A stretch of 32,000 nt of DNA from Mycolicibacterium smegmatis (lineage in GTDB: Bacteria; Actinomycetota; Actinomycetes; Mycobacteriales; Mycobacteriaceae), in the NCBI RefSeq assembly GCF_001457595.1, contig NZ_LN831039.1, positions 3,720,001 to 3,752,000 on the forward strand, read 5' to 3'. The notes beneath the pieces are model-generated. The model saw only the letters and a program-made list of their open reading frames with translations. It made no database searches and was not told where the DNA came from. A program made the position numbers and the translations under genes. Below are positions 1 through 8,914 of this stretch, one piece after another. The stretch's first letter is position 1. Every line of letters starts with the position of its first letter.

Positions 1-1
1 G

Positions 2-94
2 CTCGACGACGTCAAGGCCCTGATCCGGTCGCGGGAACCGGTCGACCCCGACCTGCTGGCCGATCCGGGCCGGCCGCTCAACGCGCCCGGCTGA
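2..94 (+). CDS. C-terminal end of a protein whose start lies outside the window (…LDDVKALIRSREPVDPDLLADPGRPLNAPG*)
   Basis: Open frame from the window edge to TGA at 92-94, with codon usage typical of the flanking genes; function not determinable. Confidence 0.6.
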   Translation, partial: LDDVKALIRSREPVDPDLLADPGRPLNAPG

Positions 95-231
95 GCAGGG
101 CGATCGCCGCGGCGCTGGGAATGCGCTGCGGGTCAACCGTATTCTCGGCATTCCCGGCCGTGCCCGGCGTGCGCTGTAACGTGCACACGGCCGCCCGTGC
201 CCGGACAATCGATACACGTGACGGCAGAAAG

Positions 232-909
232 GTGAGCCCGTTGAACGTCGCCCCAGCCGAACTGACCGGCACCGAACAGGCAGTTCTGCTGGTGCTCATG
301 GCCGAGTCGCGGCCCGTGCCCAATCCGGACCTCGAACGGCTCGGACCGAAGCTCGACAAGCGGGGCCGGGACCGGCTCAACGAACTGGGGCTGATCGAGA
401 CCACACCGGGGCGTCCGCTGGTCCACGAACTCACCGACGCGGGTTGGGCGGTGTGCCGCCAGTTGCTCGCCGCCGACACACCGCCGCGGTCGTCCGGCCA
501 GGGCCGCGCTCTCTACACCGTGCTCAGAGCGCTGCACCGCCACCTCGAACGCGCAGATCTCGCGCCGGCCGACGTGTTCCTGCCTGGCGACTCGCCGGCG
601 CCTGCCGCCGTCGACACGCCGGGCACCGCGAGCGGCTACGCGCTCGCGCCGCGCGCCGAGGAGGCCCTGCGGGCCGCCTACGCGAGGCTCGCGGACCGGC
701 CCGGCGGCTGGGTCGGCCTGGCCCGGCTGCGCGGCGAGGTGCCCGATCTGCCGCGCAAAGAGGTCGACGCGGCTTTGATCAGCCTCTACCAGCAGCCGGG
801 TGTGAGCCTGATTCCCGAAGAGAACCAGAAGACGCTGACCGAAGCCGATCGCGCCGCCGCCGTGCGCATCGGTGACCAGAACAAACACCTGATCGCGATC
901 GAGTCCTGA
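232..909 (+). CDS. Small accessory protein, about 225 aa, with probable N-terminal and C-terminal winged-helix regions; partner of the downstream double-ATPase protein
   Basis: ORF 121..909; more likely start is GTG 232 (VSPLNVAPAELTGTEQAVLLVLM...). TGATG overlap with the next gene at 907-911 indicates translational coupling. wHTH-like segments: 'LTGTEQAVLLVLMAESRPVPNPDLERLGPKLDKRGRDRLNELGLIETTPGRPLVHELTDAGWAV' and 'WVGLARLRGEVPDLPRKEVDAALISLYQQPGVSLIPEENQKTLT'. Confidence 0.8.
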   Translation: MSPLNVAPAELTGTEQAVLLVLMAESRPVPNPDLERLGPKLDKRGRDRLNELGLIETTPGRPLVHELTDAGWAVCRQLLAADTPPRSSGQGRALYTVLRALHRHLERADLAPADVFLPGDSPAPAAVDTPGTASGYALAPRAEEALRAAYARLADRPGGWVGLARLRGEVPDLPRKEVDAALISLYQQPGVSLIPEENQKTLTEADRAAAVRIGDQNKHLIAIES

Positions 910-3900
910 TGCAGCAACACGAACGGGAAGCGCTCAGCGCGCTGCGGCTCACCTGGGCGCCCACGGCCGACGACCTGTGGCACTCGCAGGGCGCGCTGCA
1001 CGTGCCCGGCCTGCACGAACGGGCCATGACCGACGTGCTTGCCGCGTTCGACGACGCCGCGCGCGAGACCGATTCCAGCCCGCTCGGGGTCGTCGTGCGC
1101 GGACCGGCCGGTTCGGGCAAGACGCACCTGCTCGGTCAGGTGCGCGAACGCGTGCAGACCGCGGGCGGCTTCTTCTTCCTGGTCGAACTGCTCGACGCCA
1201 CGAGCTTCTGGCAGTCCGCACGCGCGGGCATCCTGGAGAGCCTCGGCCGCCCCGGCGGGGAGCGGGAAACCCAGCTCAAAGACCTGCTGTGGGAACTGGC
1301 GTCGATCGCCCACATCTCGCGGGCCAATCGCCGCGCCATCATCGGCGACGACGACCTGACGCCGGAGATCCTCACCGATTTCGTCACCGCGCTGCACAAG
1401 GCCAGGCGCCAGACGGTCAAACGCGCCCACCACACGCTGCGGGCGCTGGTCCTGCTGGGCGCCGCGGATCTGGACCTGCAGGACATCGGCGAGGCCTTCC
1501 TCGTCGGCAACGTGGGCACTCTCGGCGCGACCGACGGCTCGGAGGCCGAACTCGCGGCGTGGGGCCTGCCCGTGCCCACCCTGACCCCACAGGAATCGGT
1601 GCGGGACATCTCGCGGTTGGTCGCACTGGCCGGGCCCGCGGTGCTGGCCCTCGACCAGATCGACACGCTGTTGGCGCAGTCCATCGAGCGGACCGCCGAT
1701 CGTGTGTCCGGCGAGAACTCCGAGCCCGCGAGCCTGGACAACCGCGACCTCGAGCACGTGGCCCACGGGCTGATGTCGGTGCGCCAGACCATGCGCCGGA
1801 CGGTGTCGGTGGTCGCGTGTCTGCCCGCGGCGTGGGAGGCCATCGAGAACCGGGCTACCGCGAGTGTGCACGACCGGTTCCGCACCACGGCGCTGCTGCA
1901 GGGCCTGCCGACGCCCGATATCGGCCGCGCGATCCTGGAGCGCCGGTTCTCGGCGACCTACAGCGCCGTCGGGTTCAGCGCGCCGTACCCGAGTTGGCCG
2001 ATCCTGCCGTCGGCGTTCGACGACGCGACGCAGTACACACCGCGGCAGTTGCTCAAGCGCGCCGACGCCCACGTCCGGCACTGCCTGGAGCACGACACCG
2101 TCGAGGAACTCACCCGGCTCACGGGCGAGGTGGACACGACGCACGGGCCCGGCCACGCAGGAGGCACGCGCACCGACACGTCCGAACTGGACCGCCGCTT
2201 CGCCGAGTACCGGAGTCGCGCGGTCACCGCGGCCGCGCTGGATCCCGACGGCGAGGACACCACGATGCCCGGCCTGCTCTCGGCCGCGCTGGAGGCCTGG
2301 ATCACCGAACTCGGCGAGGTCGAGCAGACCTTCTGGCCGGACCCGCCTCCGGGCCAGCGCGTCGTCCTGCATGCACGACTGCGTCAGAGCCTGGACGCGG
2401 CGACCGACGACGAGCGGCACTGGGCGTTTCGCGCGGTCGCGTCCGGGAACGCCATCGCGGTGCAGAACCGCATCAGGAAGGCCTTGGAGGCAACAGGTCT
2501 CAACCCCGAGCGGCGCACGCTGTTCCTGCTGCGCAACACGCCGTGGCCGCGCGGCGCCAAGACGGCCGCGATGGTCGACGAGTTCACGGCGGCGGGCGGA
2601 CGCGTGCTGCCCATGAGCGACGACGACATCCGCACCATGACCGCGCTGCGTGACCTCATCGACGACAACCACCCGGACCTGCCCGGGTGGCTGCGCCGGC
2701 GCAGGCCCGCGCACGCGATCGACCTGTTGCGCGCCGCGCTCGGTGACGTCGCCGGTGAGGCGCCGGACCTGGAGGCCACCGATCCTCGGATGCCCATCGA
2801 ACTCCCCTCTGCGGGAAGCGAATTCGTGCCGCAACCTGATCCTGCCCCGGCAGTGGCGATCGAGCACTCCCCCACCGCGATCACACTCGGCGTGGACGCC
2901 ACCGGCGGGCAACCGGTTTCGGTGGACCTGGCCGCATTGCGCAAGCACACCGCGATCTTCGCCGGCTCGGGCTCGGGCAAGACCGTGCTGATCCGGCGAC
3001 TGGTCGAGGAATGCGCGTTGCGCGGGGTGTCGTCGATCGTGCTGGACCCCAACAACGATCTGTCCCGCCTGGGCAGCAGATGGCCCGAGTCGCCGCCCGG
3101 ATGGAATCCCGCCGACGACGAACGCAGCGACGAGTACTTCGCCAACACCGAGGTGGTGGTGTGGACGCCGCGCCGGGCCACCGGGCGGCCTTTGTCGTTC
3201 CAGCCGCTGCCGGATTTCGCGAGCGTGCTCGACGACGACGATGAGTTCTCCGACGCCGTCGAATCGGCTGTCGCCGCGCTGGAGCCGCGGGCACTGATCG
3301 TCGGGAACACCGCGAAGGCCAACCGGTCGCGCGCGGTGCTGCGCGAGGCGCTGCGCTATTACGGCGCGTCGCGGTCGGTGACACTGAGCGGGTTCATCGA
3401 CCTGCTGGGCGATCTGCCCGACGACGTCAGCGCACTGGGCAACGCCCGCGCGCTCGCGGCCGAACTCGGGCAGAACCTGCGCGCGGCGACCGTGAACGAT
3501 CCGCTGTTCGGCGGCGCGGGCACCGCGGCCGATCCCGGCGTGCTGCTGACACCGTCTGCCGGCTACCGCGCGCGGGTTTCGGTGATCAGCATGGTGGGGC
3601 TGACCAACGAACAGCAGCGCGAGGGGTTCGTCAACCAACTCCAGATGGCGTTGTTCGCATGGATCAAACGCAATCCGGCAGGCAACCGGCCGCTGGGCGG
3701 GCTTCTGGTGATGGACGAGGCGCAGAACTTCGCGCCGTCCAGCCACACCACCGCCTCCACGCACAGCACGCTCGCGCTGTCGTCGCAGGCCCGCAAGTAC
3801 GGCCTGGGCCTGGTGTTCGCGACACAGTCGCCGCGCGGGCTGCACAACCACATCCCCGGCAACGCCGCGACGCAGTTCTACGGGCTGCTGAACTCACCGG

Positions 3901-4115
3901 CACAGATCGCGGTCGCCAGGGAGATGGCGCGCGTCAAGGGCGGCCTGGTGCCGGACATCAGCAGGCTGCGCTCGGGACAGTTTTATCTGGCGTTGGAGGG
4001 CAACGCCTTCCACAAGATCCAGACACCGTGGTGCCTGTCGCACCACCCGCCGAGCCCGCCGACCACCGACGAGGTGCTGAGGTTGGCGCAGCAGCGCGAA
4101 CCCGCAGCACCCTGA
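909..4115 (+). CDS. Large double-ATPase protein (1068 aa): N-terminal AAA/ORC-like ATPase module and C-terminal HerA/DUF87-like ATPase module
   Basis: Walker A GPAGSGKT (nt 1101-1124) with Walker B-like 'AVLALDQID'; second Walker A GSGSGKT (nt 2964-2984) followed by 'SSIVLDPNNDLSRLG', and Walker B 'LLVMDEAQNFAPS' (nt about 3711-3740); HerA-like 'GLVFATQSPRGLHNHIPGNAATQFYGLLNSP'. Confidence 0.88.
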   Translation: MQQHEREALSALRLTWAPTADDLWHSQGALHVPGLHERAMTDVLAAFDDAARETDSSPLGVVVRGPAGSGKTHLLGQVRERVQTAGGFFFLVELLDATSFWQSARAGILESLGRPGGERETQLKDLLWELASIAHISRANRRAIIGDDDLTPEILTDFVTALHKARRQTVKRAHHTLRALVLLGAADLDLQDIGEAFLVGNVGTLGATDGSEAELAAWGLPVPTLTPQESVRDISRLVALAGPAVLALDQIDTLLAQSIERTADRVSGENSEPASLDNRDLEHVAHGLMSVRQTMRRTVSVVACLPAAWEAIENRATASVHDRFRTTALLQGLPTPDIGRAILERRFSATYSAVGFSAPYPSWPILPSAFDDATQYTPRQLLKRADAHVRHCLEHDTVEELTRLTGEVDTTHGPGHAGGTRTDTSELDRRFAEYRSRAVTAAALDPDGEDTTMPGLLSAALEAWITELGEVEQTFWPDPPPGQRVVLHARLRQSLDAATDDERHWAFRAVASGNAIAVQNRIRKALEATGLNPERRTLFLLRNTPWPRGAKTAAMVDEFTAAGGRVLPMSDDDIRTMTALRDLIDDNHPDLPGWLRRRRPAHAIDLLRAALGDVAGEAPDLEATDPRMPIELPSAGSEFVPQPDPAPAVAIEHSPTAITLGVDATGGQPVSVDLAALRKHTAIFAGSGSGKTVLIRRLVEECALRGVSSIVLDPNNDLSRLGSRWPESPPGWNPADDERSDEYFANTEVVVWTPRRATGRPLSFQPLPDFASVLDDDDEFSDAVESAVAALEPRALIVGNTAKANRSRAVLREALRYYGASRSVTLSGFIDLLGDLPDDVSALGNARALAAELGQNLRAATVNDPLFGGAGTAADPGVLLTPSAGYRARVSVISMVGLTNEQQREGFVNQLQMALFAWIKRNPAGNRPLGGLLVMDEAQNFAPSSHTTASTHSTLALSSQARKYGLGLVFATQSPRGLHNHIPGNAATQFYGLLNSPAQIAVAREMARVKGGLVPDISRLRSGQFYLALEGNAFHKIQTPWCLSHHPPSPPTTDEVLRLAQQREPAAP

Positions 4116-4119
4116 CCCG

Positions 4120-4156
4120 AAAAAAGAGGCCGGCCACCGAGGTTCGGTGACCGGCC
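4120..4156 (-). terminator. Intrinsic terminator for the minus-strand transport operon
   Basis: Stem GGCCGGCCACCGA (4128-4140) / TCGGTGACCGGCC (4144-4156), 13 positions with one mismatch and a 3-nt loop; followed on the minus strand by CTCTTTTTT (T-run = A4120-A4125). Confidence 0.8.
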
Positions 4157-4169
4157 CCTTGTGCGTAGA

Positions 4170-5219
4170 TCAGGGCTGGGTCTGCCCCGGGATGCCCTCG
4201 TAGGCGATGTCGCCCGTCTTGAGGTTCTGCTGTGTGAGCTCCACCAGACCGTCGAGGAACTTCTGGCGCTCGGTCACCACGTGCTCGATCGCGACGTCGA
4301 CGTTGTCCTTGGTGATCGCGGGCATGACGTAGACCGGATCGGTCTTGACATCCTCGCCCTTCACCAGCGCGTCGGCGACCGCGAGCCCCGCCGACAGTTC
4401 GACGGTGCCGTTCTGCAGTGACGTGCCGATGAAATCACCGCTCTTGACGGCGTTCAGACCGTCCTCGATGCCGTCGATCCCGACGATCGGCACGCCCGTG
4501 CGGCCGGCTTCCTTGAGCGCCTGCAGCGCACCGAGACCCATGTCGTCGTTCTGCGCGACCACGCCGTCGATCTGCGGGCCGAACGACGAGATCCAGTTCT
4601 TCATCTTGTTGACGGCCTCGTCGCGCTTCCAGTTCGCGGTGTCCTTGGCCAGCACCTTGATGTCGGGATACTTGGCGAGCACCTGGTCGATGCCCTTGCC
4701 GCGGTTGATCTCTCCGGAGCCGCCGAGTGGGCCCTGCAGGATCACGATGTTGCCCTTGCCGCCGAGGCGGTCGGCCATCATCTGCATCTCCTGCGCACCG
4801 GCCGCCACGTCGTCCGGTTGCACGTTGCCGGCCAGGTCGGGAGTCTCCAGCGCGGCGTTGACCGCGAGCAGCGGGATGCCCTTGGACTTGGCCGAGGCGA
4901 CCTGCGGGCCGAGCGAATCCGCCTGCACCGGAACGACGATGATGGCGTCCACGCCCTGGTTGATCAGCGAGTCGACCTGGCTGGCCTGGGTGGACACGTC
5001 GTTGTTGGCCGAGTTCCACACCAGCTCGATGTTGTTGGCCTTGGCGTAGGTGTCCATCCCCTCCTTGCCCTCGGTGATGAACGAGCTCATGTCGTACACC
5101 GTGACGCCGATGCGCTTGGTGTCGCTGTTGGCCGCGGTGTCGCCCGCGCCGCACGCGGTCAGGCCCAGTCCGACGGCCCCGGCGGCGGCAATCGCGCCGA
5201 TCTTCGACGTGATGTTCAT
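4170..5219 (-). CDS. ABC transporter substrate-binding lipoprotein, ribose/polyol type (periplasmic-binding protein family 4)
   Basis: Lipobox LTAC near the N-terminus; '[32 protein letters not shown]', '[23 protein letters not shown]'; adjacent permease and ATPase. Confidence 0.93.
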   Translation of the reverse strand: MNITSKIGAIAAAGAVGLGLTACGAGDTAANSDTKRIGVTVYDMSSFITEGKEGMDTYAKANNIELVWNSANNDVSTQASQVDSLINQGVDAIIVVPVQADSLGPQVASAKSKGIPLLAVNAALETPDLAGNVQPDDVAAGAQEMQMMADRLGGKGNIVILQGPLGGSGEINRGKGIDQVLAKYPDIKVLAKDTANWKRDEAVNKMKNWISSFGPQIDGVVAQNDDMGLGALQALKEAGRTGVPIVGIDGIEDGLNAVKSGDFIGTSLQNGTVELSAGLAVADALVKGEDVKTDPVYVMPAITKDNVDVAIEHVVTERQKFLDGLVELTQQNLKTGDIAYEGIPGQTQP

Positions 5220-5253
5220 GAATGCCTTTCTACTTGTGGCGGGGGATCAGGGA

Positions 5254-6303
5254 TCAGGGCTGCTTCTGGCCGGGGATGCCCTCGTAGGCGATGTCGCCGG
5301 TTTCGAGGTTCTTGTTGATCAGCTCGGTGAGGCCGTCGAGGAACTGCTGACGCTCGGTGACCACGTGCTCGATCGCGACGTCGACGTTGTCCTTGGTGAT
5401 CGCGGGCATGATGTACACGGGCTCTTTGTTGACCGGTTCGCCCTTGGCGAGGCGGTTGGCCACCGCGAGACCGGCCGCGAGTTCGACGGTGCCGTTCTGC
5501 AGTGAGGTGCCGATGAAATCACCGCTCTTGACGGCGTTCAGACCGTCCTCGATGCCGTCGATGCCGACGATCGGCACGCCTGTGCGGCCGGACTCCTTGA
5601 GCGCCTGCAGCGCACCGAGACCCATGTCGTCGTTCTGCGCCACCACACCGTCGATCTGCGGCCCGAAGCCCGAGATCCAGTTCTTCATCTTGTTGACGGC
5701 CTCGTCGCGCTTCCAGTTCGCAGTGTCCTTGGCCAGCACCTTGATGTCCGGATACTTGGCCAGGACCTGCTCGATGCCCTTGCTGCGGTCCAGTTCACCG
5801 GACTGCCCCAGCGGACCCTGCAGGATCACGATGTTGCCCTTGCCGCCGAGGCGGTCAGCCATCATCTGCATCTCCTGCGCGCCTGCGGCCACATCGTCGG
5901 GCTGGACGTTGCCCGCGATGTCCTTGCTGTCGAGCGCGGCGTTGACCGGGACCAGCGGGATGCCCTTGGCCTTGGCCGAGGCGACCTGCGGCGCGAGCGA
6001 ATCCGCCTGCACGGGAACGACGATGATCGCGTCCACGCCCTGGTTGATCATGGAGTCGACCTGGCTGGCCTGCGTCGAGACGTCGAGATTGGCCGAGTTC
6101 CAGATCAACTCGATGTTGTTGTCCTTGGCGTAGGCGTCCATCCCCTCCTTGCCTGCGGTGATGAACGAGCTCATGTCGTACACCGTCACGCCGATGCGCG
6201 TGGTGTCACTGTTCGCGGCGGGGTCACCCGCACCGCAAGCCGTCAGACCCAGCCCCAGCGCGGTTGCCGAGGCGATCGCGAACGCCGTTGTCCCCAGTCT
6301 CAT
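5254..6303 (-). CDS. Second, tandem paralogous ABC substrate-binding lipoprotein
   Basis: Same length (349 aa) and very similar to the product of 4170-5219; lipobox LTAC. Confidence 0.93.
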
Positions 6304-6344
6304 CTGCCTTCTCTTTCAGTTGTTGTGGATGTGTCGTGGTGCCG

Positions 6345-7379
6345 TCAAGTTCGTCGCCGGGACGACCACACGTCGACCGCGACCGCGGCGACGATCAGCA
6401 CGCCCTTGATGACGTCCTGCCAATAGGCCGGGACCACCAGGATGTCCAGGCCGTTGTTGAGGGTCTGGATCATCAGCAGACCCAACGCGGTACCCCAGAT
6501 GGTTCCGCGGCCGCCCATGAGGCTCGCGCCACCGATCACGACGGCCGCGATGGCGTCGAGTTCGTAACCCTGGCCGAGGTTGGGCGGACCGGAGATGACG
6601 CGCGACGCCAGCATGACGCCCGACAGACCGGCCAGCAGACCCGAGAACGCGTAAACGCTGAACAGCACGTTCTTGGCGTTGATACCGGCGATCTCGGCGG
6701 CGTGGCGGTTGCCGCCGACGGCGTAGACCCGCATGCCGTAGGTGGTGCGCTTCATGATGATCGCGAGCGCGATGATGCCGATGATCATCAGCAGCACCGG
6801 GATCTGCAGACCCAGGATCTTGGTGTTGGCGATCGACCCGAACTCCGGCGGCAGGCCGTTGATCGGTGCGCCGCCGCCGATCACATACGCCAGACCAGAC
6901 CCCGCGGTGAGCGTGCCCAGGGTGGCGATGAACGGCGGGACATTGATGCGCGACACCAGGAATCCGTTGACGCAGCCCACCGCGAGACCGACCAGCATCG
7001 ACACCAGCACGGTCAGCCACACCTGGCCGGGGTTGGCCTTCGCGGTGGCCGCGCCCGCCATGGCCGACACCGCGATGACGCTGCCGACCGACAGGTCGAT
7101 GCCGCCGGTCAGGATGACCAGCGTCTGCCCCAGCGCGATGAGCGCGAAAGGTGCTGCGGCGACGAGGATCGTCACCAGGTTGTCCGGGGTGGCGAACCGG
7201 GCGCTGCGGTAGCTGAAGTACGCGATGACCAGCAGCATCACGATCACCATCGAGTAGCGCACCGCGATGCCCGTGGCCCAGGCCCGGGAGAACAGCTTGA
7301 CGGGTTCGCCCGTGGTCGGTGAGGTGACGGTGGCGGAGGAATCCGGCACGGCGTCGTCGGGTTTCAATTCGGTGGTCAC
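6345..7379 (-). CDS. ABC sugar/polyol transporter permease (RbsC-like)
   Basis: Multiple hydrophobic spans; 'GGIDLSVGSVIAVSAMAGA', 'GLGQGYELDAIAAVVIGGASLMGGRGTIWG'-type sequence typical of the family. Confidence 0.93.
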   Translation of the reverse strand: MTTELKPDDAVPDSSATVTSPTTGEPVKLFSRAWATGIAVRYSMVIVMLLVIAYFSYRSARFATPDNLVTILVAAAPFALIALGQTLVILTGGIDLSVGSVIAVSAMAGAATAKANPGQVWLTVLVSMLVGLAVGCVNGFLVSRINVPPFIATLGTLTAGSGLAYVIGGGAPINGLPPEFGSIANTKILGLQIPVLLMIIGIIALAIIMKRTTYGMRVYAVGGNRHAAEIAGINAKNVLFSVYAFSGLLAGLSGVMLASRVISGPPNLGQGYELDAIAAVVIGGASLMGGRGTIWGTALGLLMIQTLNNGLDILVVPAYWQDVIKGVLIVAAVAVDVWSSRRRT

Positions 7380-8914
7380 GATGTGATCTCCTGGCTTGTC
7401 TGGTCACTTCTGGCGTCCAGTGCGGTGGCCAACCGGAACACCGACTCTTGGACCTCGGGATGGTCGAGCGCTTCTCGGTCGAGTTCGCCGACAAACGCGC
7501 CGCCGCGCATGACGAAGGCGCGATGGGACAGGCCGACGACCTCCGGCATGTCCGAGGACGCCATCACCACGGCCATCCCCTGCGCGGCGAATTCGGTGAT
7601 GATGCGGTAGATCTCGCTGCGGGCGCCGACGTCGACGCCGCGTGTGGGCTCGTCGAGCAGCAGGACGTTGACCTTGCCGGTCAGCCACCGCGCGAGCACC
7701 ACCTTCTGCTGGTTGCCGCCGGAGAGCGTGCCGACCTCCTGGCCGAGCCCGCGGCTGCGCAGCCGCACCGACGACATCACCTCCGACACGGCCTGCGTGC
7801 GGGACTTGCCCCGCAGCCAGCCCGCGATGGAGAACGAGGACAGCCGCGGCAGCGTGCCGTTGTCCAGGACGCTCATCGACAGCACCGCACCGGACAGCTT
7901 GCGGTCCTCGGGCACCATCGCCATGCCCGCGGTGATCGCGGCCGCGGGCTGGTTGCGTTTGACGCTGCGCCCGCGCACCACCACGTCACCCGCGGTGCTG
8001 CGGCGGGCGCCGAAGATGGCCTCCAGCAACTCGGTTCGCCCGGCGCCGACCAGCCCGGCCAGACCGACGATCTCACCGGCGCGCACCGAGAAGGACACCG
8101 GTTCCGAGGCGCCCTCGACCTGAAGGTCGCGCACCTCGAGCACGGTCTCGTCGGCGGGTTCGGGACGGTCCGGGAACAGCGCCTCGAGTTCGCGGCCGAT
8201 CATCGCGGTGACGATGTCGTCGTCGGACACGTCGTCGATCGGTTTGTCGAGGATCAACCCGCCGTCGCGCAGCACCACGACACGGTCGGCGATCGCGCGG
8301 ATCTCGGCCATCTTGTGCGTGGTGTAGACCATCGCGACACCGTGGTCGCGCAGCCTACGCACGATCTTGTACAGGCCCTCCACCTCGCGCTCGGAGATCG
8401 CCGAGGTCGGCTCGTCGAGCATCACCACCTGGGCGCCGGTGCGGGCGGCCTTGACGATCTCGACTATCTGGCGCAGGCCCACGGGCAGGCTGCCCATGCG
8501 GGCGGTCGGCGAGATGCCGACGTCGAAGACCGCGAGGGTCTCCTTGGCCTCGGCGATCATCGCGCGCCGGTTGAGGAACGGTCCGCGCTTGAGTTCACGT
8601 CCGACGAACAGGTTCTCGTAGACGGTCATGTCCTCGATGGACGCGAGTTCCTGCGGCACGATCGCCACACCGTGCCGGACGGCGTCGCGCGTGTTGCCCG
8701 GGGTGAGGGTGGCGCCCTTGACCGACACCTCACCCTGGTCGGCGTTGTACTGACCCGAGATGATCTTCATCAGCGTGGACTTGCCTGCGCCGTTCTCGCC
8801 GGCCAGCGCGGTGACCGTACCGGGCTCGAGTTGCAGGCTGATGCCCTTGAGCACCGGCACACCGCCGAAACTCTTGTGGATGTCGGTGCATTCGAGCAGA
8901 GCGTTGGGACTCAT
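7376..8914 (-). CDS. ABC sugar/polyol transporter duplicated ATP-binding protein (RbsA/XylG-like)
   Basis: 'ALAGENGAGKSTLMKIISG', 'MVPEDRKLSG', 'LSGGNQQKVVLARWL', 'LLLDEPTRGVDVGA'; ATGA overlap with the permease ORF. Confidence 0.95.
   Translation of the reverse strand: MSPNALLECTDIHKSFGGVPVLKGISLQLEPGTVTALAGENGAGKSTLMKIISGQYNADQGEVSVKGATLTPGNTRDAVRHGVAIVPQELASIEDMTVYENLFVGRELKRGPFLNRRAMIAEAKETLAVFDVGISPTARMGSLPVGLRQIVEIVKAARTGAQVVMLDEPTSAISEREVEGLYKIVRRLRDHGVAMVYTTHKMAEIRAIADRVVVLRDGGLILDKPIDDVSDDDIVTAMIGRELEALFPDRPEPADETVLEVRDLQVEGASEPVSFSVRAGEIVGLAGLVGAGRTELLEAIFGARRSTAGDVVVRGRSVKRNQPAAAITAGMAMVPEDRKLSGAVLSMSVLDNGTLPRLSSFSIAGWLRGKSRTQAVSEVMSSVRLRSRGLGQEVGTLSGGNQQKVVLARWLTGKVNVLLLDEPTRGVDVGARSEIYRIITEFAAQGMAVVMASSDMPEVVGLSHRAFVMRGGAFVGELDREALDHPEVQESVFRLATALDARSDQTSQEITS

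Noticed and set aside
977-2653. 558-aa plus-strand ORF in another frame within the ATPase gene
   Set aside because: Arg/Ala-rich frame-shifted translation of the real gene, no motifs.
786-3851. 1021-aa ORF on the minus strand opposite the double-ATPase gene
   Set aside because: Arg/Gly/Val/His-rich translation without domains, exactly antisense to a well-supported gene; typical GC-rich shadow ORF.
909-4115. Assigning the double-ATPase protein directly to a named system (BREX PglY/BrxC, HerA-NurA, DndH/DptH)
   Set aside because: Motifs support P-loop modules, but none of the diagnostic partners (PglZ, PglX, NurA, Dnd/Ssp proteins) are visible in the window, so a named assignment is not supported.
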